From: Chlorokybus atmophyticus
Lineage: Eukaryota; Plantae; Mesostigma and Chlorokybus algae
Length of the DNA stretch: 64,000 nt
NCBI GenBank assembly: GCA_009103225.1
Contig: RHPI01003491.1
Coordinates: 183,128 to 247,127, forward strand
Reading direction: 5' to 3'
In this document: piece by piece, positions 54,468-64,000 of the stretch
Numbering within the stretch: the first letter of the stretch is position 1
Layout of the letters: each line of letters begins with the position of its first letter
The notes under the pieces: generated by a model
Told to the model about the DNA's origin: nothing
Databases searched by the model: none
Seen by the model: the letters and a program-made list of their open reading frames with translations, nothing else
Position numbers and translations under genes: made by a program

Positions 54468-55629
54468 CTAAGGCGGAGGACTACTCTCCTCCAACTGCTC
54501 CTCGTGCTCCGGCTCCGAAGGGTCTACCTCCGCATCCGGCGGATCCACCTCCTCCAGGATCTCCTCTATCTCTTCCTGCCGCCGCTGCACTCCTCGTCGC
54601 CTATGACGCCATGCTGCTTCATCGTCCTCCAATGAAGGCGGAGACTTAGAAGTCGCTACTTCTTCGGGGGGCTCTTGGCCGCGGTCAAGCGCCCGCTGCC
54701 GGCGACGTGCTTTCGCAACACGCTGACGCTCTTTGCGGATGCGGCGCTTGTCCTTGAGCTTCGCCTTCATGATGCGACGGCGGTTGACGATAGTGTTGGT
54801 GTACCGCGGGTCATGGGCTTGCCGCTCGTGAAAGTCGACGGTGCCGGGGTTTCGGGCATCCCCGCGGAAGACCTTGCTCAGGTCACTGTCCTTCTTCATG
54901 GGCTTGCCGCTCGTGAAAGTCGACGGTGCCGGGGTTCAGGGCATCCCCGCGGAAGACCTTGCTCAGGTCACTGTCCTTCTTCATGATTGTGACCCGACGA
55001 CCATGAAGGGCAAGCAGGTTCCTGCATCATAACGGATTATCATTGACAAAACATGTCAAACATCAATCATCAAAAGCCTGCCACCATGAACAAGCACACA
55101 ACGCAACTTACATGTCCTGCATGTATTCGGTGACAAACATCTCCCCAGCTTCCTGAAGTGCACTCAGAGCTTTAGCCCTCCAGCGAAAGGTGGGTGTGTG
55201 AAACACGTCAGCTGCAACACCGCTTCAGTATATATGCAATATAAGCAATTCAATTACAAATTGCATACCGTATTTCTCGTCAGCGAGAAGAGCGTTAACA
55301 CATCCGCGCACAACTTTGCAAAAAGACAACTTGGGGATGATCGGAGCGGTGCTCTTCTGCATCCACCAAATTTCGCGCAGGGGTTGCGTAACGCGTGGCT
55401 TGCATGAACACCCAGATTACCAACAAGTATATATCAAGACATATGCTAGGACAACTCCTTACTTGCGGCGAGGACGTGCGGGGGGCGCAGCCGGCAAGGC
55501 TTGCTCATGTGCAACAATTGCACCTTCGCCAGCAGGTGCAGCGGCGCCAACAACAAACCGCCCACCAGGACCCCGAGGACGCGGGTAAGCACCATCGACG
55601 CGACGACTGCACTGCTTTGTGCGGGCCAT
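54468..55629 (-). pseudogene. Divergent histone H3 / CENH3-like gene with long C-terminal extension, 4 exons (55629-55463, 55399-55269, 55211-55112, 55021-54468)
   Basis: Hand splice: MARTKQCSRRVDGAYPRPRG..PARPRRK|PRVTQPLREIWWMQKSTAPIIPKLSFCKVVRGCVNALLADEKY|ADVFHTPTFRWRAKALSALQEAGEMFVTEYMQDM|NLLALHGRRVTIMKKDSDLSKVFRGD.. It aligns to H3 throughout (LREI..QKST, ALQEA.E, H..RVTIM.KD). The intron-1 acceptor reads CAA instead of CAG, and an 85-bp duplication shifts the frame. Confidence 0.88.
54811..54985. repeat. 85-bp tandem duplication in the last exon of the H3-like gene
   Basis: TCATGGGCTTGCCGCTCGTGAAAGTCGACGG..GGTCACTGTCCTTCT occurs at 54811 and 54896 with 2 mismatches. Confidence 0.95.
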
Positions 55630-56240
55630 CGCCAACACCTACCCCAAACCTACCCCAAACTACACTCAAGCACGATAATACACAACACCAGCGAGGCAAC
55701 AACAACCAAGGAGCACAAAGACGTTTCAGAAATACGAATGCGCCACACGACCCAAAACAGACACATATGAGCCGCCGAAACGTCGAGGCACTTTCGCCTA
55801 CGCAATCAGCTGCCAATTGGCCTACGAAACAGCCTGTGGAGCCGTCACCACCCTAACCCTAAAAGTGTCATTTATCAACAAGAATATGCCGATAACCGTA
55901 CCAACTAAACGCGATCGATGCTAATGTGCATGACCGCGGTTAACAAACACATGTACAGGCGGGCAGTGAGCATCACCGCTGGTTCGCTTTAGCATGGTGA
56001 GCAATGAAGCTCAACAATGCTCATGTTGCTACATTCTTGCTTGAATACCATACAATTGCGTTGCTATAGTCAGATGAATCCCAACAACATTCTTGCCATT
56101 TGTGTGACATGCAGCCAAGATGCTGCGGTTGTAATGCATTGTTTAATGTACATCTGCTAAGCCTGTCAATGGGCTTGAAATGTGTTTCAGTGTGTTGACG
56201 TTTGTGTATGATGCAAAGCATGCACACTTGCATGCATGTC

Positions 56241-58460
56241 TCATGCCTTGAACATAATGAAAGTTCGCATGTACATCAAACATCTCAGCCACTGGTCATC
56301 AACTACAAGAGGGTCTTCGGCCGTTGCACTGGTGGTGGCTGCGTGTGATGTTGATGCCTCATTGCTCGAGGCATGAAAGAACTCGTGCAAGCGTGTCTGG
56401 TGCGAGGAGCCAAATAGCTGATGACGAATCACCACATTGCGGATGTGCCGCAGCGCCAACTGTAGATGCTCAGGCATAAAGAACTCACTGCCAGCCACGA
56501 AGGCCTCAATACTGTCCAAGTGCTGAGGACACCCGAATGTCGTCACAACCGGCGGTGCGCACTCATCATCATCTGCAATGTGTTATGTGAAAATCATGAG
56601 AAGGAAAGCTACATACGGTGTGCATGCACGCGTACACACCTTCCGCGTCGGGATCGGCGGTGTCGTCCGTCGGTGGAGTCAGTGCCCCAACACTCATAAA
56701 AATGTCCTCGTCACATTGGCTAGCCTCAGTAGGAAGATGATCATCCGCCTCAACGAACTCGTTAGCGGAGAGCATGTCAGCACGTGGAATGGGCAAACGC
56801 TGCATCATCTCACCCATGTCGTGTATCACCGCGTGAATGATGCGCTCGGTGTCGGCGGGAGTGGCCTCATACCATTCCGCGGGGGTAATGCCAGTCTTCC
56901 TCCAGCAGTTGGCAATGGTTGTGGCAGTCAGCTCGTCCCACGCCTCGTGATTCCACATGATGGCTTCACGCATCTGCACCTTCACTTTACTCAAGTCGAG
57001 GGTGGGGTCTGCACCATATTGCTGGAGAAGATGCTGCACAAGCTTCCTTTTGTACCCGCACATGAAGACCATCAACAACATGATATACACCACAATAAAC
57101 TCTGACAAACAAGGGGGGTTTGGGGGGCCGGGGAACCAAAAAATTCTGATATCTTGATAGAAATAAAGGCTCTGTTTGTTCATAACACGGCATGTATTGT
57201 GACTTACCTGGCCTTGTATGCAGCGATGATGCCAGCATCCAAAGGTTGGACTCTGGATGTAGTGTTGGCCGGAAGAAACAGACACTTTATGTGATTAGTG
57301 ACAGCGTTCGGAAGCCTTCTTCCAAGCCCTGTTCCGCATACACGCAGGCATGCGTTGAGGAGTTGTCCATCAGCAGCAAGATGTGGCGGTTCTGTAGCTT
57401 CATATCTAGATTGAAGGCACACAACCACCGGCTGAAGACCTGTTGCAAGCATCACAACAGTAAGTGACATGCACAATCAATGCATGTGCAGCTGCAAATG
57501 AAGTTGCATATGCACATGCACTCACCCCGGAGTTCATCCAAGCCTTCTTGTTGTAGTCGTAGTCAACGCCAATGCGGATTGGCGTCCAAGTGCTGCCAAA
57601 GGACTTCGGACGCTTGTAGGTGCCAATGATGAGGACTGGTCGCTTTTTAGAACCGTCAGCGTTGACACACAAAACTGCCGTGATTCTGTCCTTCTCTCGC
57701 TTGCCCCCTCTAGCTTCCTCCGATGCAACTACTAATGTACGACGCGGACGTGCTCTATAGAACACTCCGCTCTCATCCATGTTCCATACATCAATGATGC
57801 GATAGTTTGCTAAGATCAAAGGCAATCTACTACGAGCTGCATCCACACCCTCCGCATCTGCATCAGCTGCTTCGCTATGCAGAGTTTTCGCAGCAATTGA
57901 ATGACGCTTTTTGAAACGGTGCACCCAACCTTGCGAAGCGTTGAACCCTTCTATTCCTAACCGGTTGGCAAAATCTGATGCTTTCTCCATCAACAATGCA
58001 TCAGTGATCAACGCATTGCGTGCTCTGGCCTGTGCAAACCACTCATACAATCCATCTTCTAACTTGGGATGAGCCCCAATCCGCATCCTTTTGTTTTTGG
58101 CCGCATGCTTGCCACCCACAGCCAACGCATCGGCTATTTGCTGTCGCTGTTTATTGAGAAGTTTGGAGAGCGAACTCTGCTTGATAGTGAACTTCAACTC
58201 AGATTTAATAATAGCAATCAAGTCCGCTTGCTTAAGACCTTCATTGGCGTCACACAACTCAAGTTATCACGCTTGATTTGTGCGGCCATGCTGACCTACA
58301 ACAACAATCACACACTACATTACTGTTTGTGCATACACAATCACACACTGCATGTACGTGCATGCACTGCATGTGCGTTGCAAACCCTTACTTGTTGTGC
58401 GCCGCCAGCAGCGGCGCTGCAACAGCCGTGACCAGCTAGCCGCCCTACAAGTTGAGCGGC
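56241..58460 (-). pseudogene. pogo/Tigger transposase (CENP-B-type HTHs + DDE_1), intron-containing, frameshifted
   Basis: HPKLEDGLYEWF, FNASQGWVHRFKKRH, WNMDESG, KDRITAVLCVNADG, KKAWMNSG|VFSRWL..LLMDNSSTH, (shift ~57295) FLPANTTSRVQPLDAGII, TIANCWRKTG, C-terminal QTRLHEFF. Start exon uncertain. Confidence 0.92.
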
Positions 58461-58995
58461 ATGCCCATCAACTATACACCGCCCGCCACCGCTGCCCCAG
58501 CCTGCGTCTCCTCACCGCCGTCGCTGCCGTCCGAAGTGGCGGCGATGATGCTTTGCAACGCTAAGTTACATTAAGATACAGTGAATCACATGCATCACGC
58601 CCATCATGCTCATCACGCTGCGTGCCGTATGCATCACACTTGCACCCCCCGATACAAGCATATCCTCACTTAAACTTACGATTTTTTCAAGGAAAAAAGA
58701 TATGCTCTTCGCGGTTAGTCATATTCTCTTGAGACGCGTAATTTGCCTGTAGAACGTTTGGTAATCTCATTTTTTATGATACTAACGGGGTTATTCTCTT
58801 GAAATGAATTCTCTTGGCGGGGGTAGACTGTACAACGTTCATCACACCACACTTGGGAACACTGTACACTTTCTCGTGTTCTGATCGAAACACGTCCGTG
58901 TGAGAAGTGAAGGCCCCTACACCAGCAGGAGAGCGAGCAACAGCGGTGCCGGCGGCCGCAGCGTGGCTCCGCAAGTTGTCGTCAGCGTCCCTTCT

Positions 58996-61188
58996 ATGGC
59001 TTACTCCATAAACAGCAAGCGGTAAGCAACAATGGCAGTGGCAGCAAGCAGCTGCACGCTTCCGCAAGCTGCATGTGTTTTCAGAGAACAGGCATGATGG
59101 TGGTCTTGTTGTTGTCGTGTGTTAGCTTTGAGGGCAAGGTGTTCCTGGTGACTGGCGCCAGCAGCGGCATTGGCGCCGTCACCGCGGAGCACCTCGCCGC
59201 CCAGGGCGCCCACGTTTGGGTCACTGCTCGCCGCAAGGACCTCCTGGAGGAGCTTGAGCGGAAAATTGTGGGCGAAAGCGGCAAAGGTAGGGTTTCGAGT
59301 GTATGCACCATGCAAGTACGTGGGTTTGCTGTGTTCACTCTTGCGTGAAGCGCATGTGTGCTGAGCCTGGTTAGCAGCATATCTTGGGTACACAAAAGAG
59401 ACAATTATGGCGGTTTCGGCTTTCTGTCGTGCATTACGTCCATAGCAGCAGTTCAATTGGAAGCTGGAAGTCTGCCAGCACGCTTATCACCAGAGAACAC
59501 CAACGTGAGAGTTGTTCGTCCGTTAGCTTCAGCATTGCTTTAGCGTTATACTGCCACAACAATCACTGTTGTGGCAGTATAAGACCAATGCACTCTGCCA
59601 CCACAACAGTGCCTGCTGTGGCGGCTGTTGTGGCAGTGAGTGGTAGCAGGTTGAGACATCAATCGAAGCAGCTTACACAATGTGTCACGCATTTACCATG
59701 TGAGTGTGAGTTATGTCCACCAACATGAACGCAGGTTCTATCACGGAGAGAATACGATGTGTACATAAAAGTGTTTGTTATGTCAACCAACATGAACGTG
59801 GGTCTATTATGGAGAGAAAACAATGTGTACATAACAGCTTGCTTGCCAGTCGCTTCTGTGACCCCTTTTCGCATGCACCTTTAGCTTGTTAAATCAAACA
59901 GTCTTGCAGCGTCATGTTGTCGTTGTCCAGTGTTGCAACCATTGTTTCCAAACTCTCTTTTTCTCACAACACCAACAGTGGCTTTCTCCCCATGCGACAG
60001 CAACTGCCGCTGTGTTGGACGTGACAGACACAGCGCAAGTTGAGCAGGTCAAAAGGGGTGTGCATGGTTGTGTCACGTGGTGTGGTGCATAGCAGCTCCA
60101 TCGCTGACTGTTGGTGTGTGTGCTGTTGGAGTTAGGTAGTAGCGGACATCGTGGCAGCGCATGGAAAGCTTGACGGGGCCTTCAATAATGCAGGTGTGCA
60201 GTCTCGCCTTGCTGCTCATACAAATACAGAGTTTGACACAACTCTCTGTCATGTCAAAATTGTCTCTGTCAAGAATTGCGCTGGCATCAAGTAGATACTG
60301 TGCATTTTTTGCATGCCCACCCATACGCGCACATACGCACACACGCCCAACTTGCATGGGTGGTTTAACTGGCAAGCACACGCAATGTTGCTGTGGTTGC
60401 AGGCTACAACCCACCAGCAAGCCTCGTTGTCAACAACAGCATGGACGATTTGGACAAGACGCTGGCCATCAATGTTAGAGGCCAAGCAGCCTGTATGAAG
60501 GTAAACTTGTCTGCTGTTTTCCCAGCGCATGCTCTCTCACAGTGATGCAGGTGATGCCAGTGTTGTATTATGCGAGCCGTTGCTGATTTGCTGTGTCGTT
60601 GGGTTCTCTCAGGCGTTGTGCATTTACTCGGTCTTGTTTATTTGACTCTGTATCACCATTCTGTATGTTTACTCAACCGCAGGCAGAGCTGCGACAGATG
60701 CTCGCGCAAGGTCATGGCTCAGTTGTGAACAACACAAGCATCGCTGGCCACAAGTACACGCCGCTCAGCAGCAGCTATTGCGCCAGCAAGGCTGCGCTTA
60801 ACAGCTTCACTATCTCTGCAGCAGTGGAGGTAAACATCAAGTTAACCAGCAATGAATATACAGACACATGCGTGTGTGTGCGCGTGCGTGCGTCAGCATT
60901 GGGAGCAACCATGCTCATGTTGTTGTGCAGGTTGCGCAGAGTGGGGTGCGCGTGAACGCGATTGCTCCCGGTTTTACTCTCCCGTCAGAAATGTTCTCGG
61001 CAATGGTGAACGGCCCTTCCTATTCGCTGGACTCTATTCTCAATCTCATTCCAAGCAAGAAAGTTGTTGACAGCGAAGAAGTTGCTGCTATGGTGGCAGT
61101 TCTACTTGATGACAGGCTGTCAAAGTCTGTGACAGGGCAAGTCATCAGCATTGATGGGGGTGCTGGTATCAACCACTACAATTTGTAG
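58996..61188 (+). CDS. Classical short-chain dehydrogenase/reductase, ~7 exons
   Basis: MAYSINSKR|FEGKVFLVTGASSGIG, LDVTD, GKLDGAFNNAG, NTSIAG, SYCASKAA, VRVNAIAPG, VTGQVISIDGG. Confidence 0.93.
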
Positions 61189-61647
61189 TATGAGCCGTGT
61201 TGATATGATATATATTGGGGATTTGTCTCCTTGTGTCCATCTAGTATGCGAGTAGTGATGTGTTGTAGGATGCGATAAGCAACCACAGCGACATGTTGGG
61301 CTTTACGTGGCCCGTGTGCATAACCTATTGGTGGCTTGGCTCGTCAACACCTCCTCAGTAACCTATTGCGTGTACTGACCAATTAGCGCACAACCTGCAG
61401 GCGCCCCGACTTGAGCGCTAAGGAGGAGCACAGGTTGGCTTACTGCCTTTGCCAGTCGGTGAGACCTTTTCTGGACAGTCACTGTCTAGCAATGAACTCG
61501 CAGCTCACCCCTTGAATCACACGTCGGGTGTTCAGCAAGTACAAGTGATGACTGAATGCTTGTGCTGTCTTGTGTGCCAGTCACTGCATGTTGCATAAAC
61601 ACGCATACCCCGCTACACTTTTTTGTACGCTTGCTTGTGTGCTCCCC

Positions 61648-61927
61648 NNNNNNNNNNNNNNNNNNNNNNNNNNNNNNNNNNNNNNNNNNNNNNNNNNNNN
61701 NNNNNNNNNNNNNNNNNNNNNNNNNNNNNNNNNNNNNNNNNNNNNNNNNNNNNNNNNNNNNNNNNNNNNNNNNNNNNNNNNNNNNNNNNNNNNNNNNNNN
61801 NNNNNNNNNNNNNNNNNNNNNNNNNNNNNNNNNNNNNNNNNNNNNNNNNNNNNNNNNNNNNNNNNNNNNNNNNNNNNNNNNNNNNNNNNNNNNNNNNNNN
61901 NNNNNNNNNNNNNNNNNNNNNNNNNNN
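61648..61927. other. Assembly gap
   Basis: N run. Confidence 0.99.
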
Positions 61928-62450
61928 GGTGTTAAACAACCCCCCCCACCCCAACCGACCCACACACACACTCCAGTAAGCGCCTGGTAGGTTGGTGCTG
62001 CTCTCGACAGCCAAGAGTAGGACGTGTAGAAGCGGGTAAAGGATGGACGATCACAGCGCGTGCGCGGGGGGAAGGGCAGCTCCTAAACAGAGCGCAACAC
62101 CCTGCCAACAATGACTTGGAAAAGGCTACGCTATGAATGCATCATATCACTGGCTCCTGGCGGGTAAATCGAGACAGCATTGGGCACGGTTCGTACAACA
62201 AGCCATGCAACCTGTGCGCAACAACCCTCACAACATCGAACGCGCATCTCGAAGTGTGCTGCGCAACATGTTATGCAGCTTTTCTTCGTTCAAACAAGCG
62301 TGCCTGGTGAGCTACGAGATCACCAGATCAAAGTCTCTATAATACTACTGTTGCTCTTATCAAAGAGCATTATTGGTCATCCAAAGGTTGCGTACTCTCT
62401 AATAACAAAACCCGTATTTACACCATACCAATCGCTTGAGATTGGTGTCT

Positions 62451-63930
62451 TCAAGTGAGAGTAATGTGGCACGAAGAGGCATCGTTCTGGTTGTCGCCAT
62501 AGTACCAATCCCAGTTCTGCTGAATGAGGAAGCGCTTGCCTTTGATGTACGTGTTGTACCGCTTGCCGGCATACGAGTACTGGGTGCCATACCTGCAAAG
62601 TATCACACAGATGTTGGTTGTGATGAAGTTTGCTGCGGCCAAGTGATGACATGTATGCATATTGGGGGCACTTACGTGTAAGCACACTTGTCGGCATTCT
62701 CGTTGCCCTGCTTATCATGGTATGCGTTGAGTTTCGGGTCCGAGTGGGCCTCCATCAGCTGTAGTGACCAGAATTAGGATCGAGTTTTGACAAAGTAAAC
62801 ACACGTTTGCGCGTGCACCAACCCATCCCCCTCTTCCCCACCCACCCACCCACCCAAACACCCAAACACACATCCACGCACAACAGCCTATGCGTGCGTG
62901 CACATGCGTGTGCCAAAGACACGCATGCTCATACGCACACGTACCCCACACAGGGTGTGCGCGTACACACACAGGTGCGCGTACACGCACATACGTAGAG
63001 ACACACACATACACACCCACTCACCTCATGTGCCAGAACGCTGGCCATCATGTCACCAGCCCAGTCATTGGGTGCGCTGGACGGGTTAATCGACAGCGGG
63101 CCCCCACAATTTCTGGAGCAGCGCGTGGCCGCATTACCAATGAACGCATATTTCATGTCATACTTGTCGTACGTGTGCCAACCGCAGTGCTTCCTGCAAC
63201 CCAACAACCCAACATGAGCGGGTGGGGAGTTGAACCTCATAACATACAATCAGAGTTGAGGCTTACGTGCAGAAGCCAGGTATGGTGACCGTGTTGTCGG
63301 TGATGACAAAATATACGCCATTCGGGTCAACCTTCTTGCCGAAATATGGGCTCAGCGCAGCGTTGCGGGCGAGAATTTGCACTTGATTGTTGGTAAGTCT
63401 GCACGCACATTCATAAGTACATAACCATCAGTACACAGAAGAGTTGTATTCAGGTGCAAAGCAGCTGTGCAATGCAAGCTCAAATCCAACATGTTGATAG
63501 CTATAGCCACTCACGTGTGCCCAAAGTGGTAGCCGTTGTAGAGTACACTTCCCTTGAACACAACGGGGGAGTGGCCGAGGCTAAAGTCCGTCGTGTAACG
63601 TGACTCGATGTTCTTCCACCACCAAGTATTACCAATACCCTACGTCCACAGGTATGATAAGTGTGTTGTGTCGCACGAAAGTAACGTGCACAACATCATG
63701 TGCACAAGCGGTCAACAGACTCTCAGGGGGTTGACTGACTCAGTCAGTAGATTGAGTCAGTCAATTCACTCACCTGTGCAAGAGTTGTAAGTGTTGCGCC
63801 CGTTTTGCTGTTGGAATATGGCAGTCTGCCCCAGTTGCCATAAAAGGCGTAGTACACGTTGACAGGCCTGCCCTGGCCCATTACAGGACCTTTCCAGTAA
63901 AAGATGGGTGAGTTGATACCTGTGCAAGCG
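62451..63930 (-). CDS. PHI-1/EXORDIUM-like protein (5' part extends beyond the window or is unresolved)
   Basis: IFYWKGPVM..VNVYYAFYGNW, GIGNTWWW, DPNGVYFVIT..GFCT|KHCGWH..YAFIGNA, PNDWAGDMMASVLAHE|LMEAHSDP..ENADKC, RFLIQQNW. Confidence 0.85.
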
Positions 63931-64000
63931 GCATAATAACTTTAGCAAACATGTTGGGGATCAGAGGAGTGCTTCAGACATGTGTGTGCGCCCGTGCAAG

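Larger units (their letters stand above)
44548..55961 (+). mobile_element. Helitron-like rolling-circle element with cargo genes, nested in the pogo element (ends approximate)
   Basis: Contains a HUH-Rep plus PIF1 helicase frame, a repeat/hairpin array at the left end, and GIY-YIG and histone H3-like genes. A 12-bp inverted repeat (44537-44548 / 55962-55973) brackets it. Confidence 0.7.
44387..58830 (-). mobile_element. pogo/Tigger-like (Tc1/mariner superfamily) DNA transposon, 14.4 kb including an internal insertion
   Basis: Left end TA|CAGTCTACCCCCGCTAAGAGCAT; right end (reverse complement) TA|CAGTCTACCCCCGCCAAGAGAAT, 21/23 identical. TA flanks both ends. Subterminal AAGAG(C/A)ATA motifs recur at both ends. 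A DDE_1 transposase lies near the right end. Confidence 0.9.

Noticed and set aside
44548-55961. Fanzor/TnpB cargo or canonical Helitron TC...CTRR termini
   Set aside because: No RuvC or zinc-finger motifs recognised; no clear CTAG after a strong hairpin at the right end.

Overview
Intron-rich eukaryotic DNA from a green-lineage organism, most likely an alga. Evidence: plant-type STT3B, ENO3-type enolase, a PHI-1/EXORDIUM gene, plastid-transit-like N-termini and CA/TG-rich introns. The window has five assembly gaps. About 12 host genes could be assembled by hand from exon peptides and splice sites: Aha1_N protein, C2HC zinc-finger protein, SUV39-like SET methyltransferase with two RanBP2-type zinc fingers, HTATIP2-like oxidoreductase, Ddl-like ATP-grasp protein, STT3B, class I methyltransferase, enolase, ricin-lectin/sialate O-acetylesterase, secreted alpha carbonic anhydrase, SDR and PHI-1/EXORDIUM-like. 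The main discovery lies between the carbonic anhydrase and SDR genes. A pogo/Tigger-like transposon (TIRs at 44387 and 58830, TA flanks) encloses an ~11.4 kb Helitron-like block. That block carries a HUH-Rep/PIF1 helicase, a hairpin array, a GIY-YIG endonuclease and a 4-exon divergent histone H3 gene missed by the ORF track. The H3 starts MARTKQ, keeps K4 as the only lysine of its first 55 aa (K9 is R), shows CENH3-like fold substitutions and has a long basic/acidic C-terminal extension. All genes of the mobile block are decayed in this copy. All calls are by eye; no database search was run and exon ends are hand-derived.
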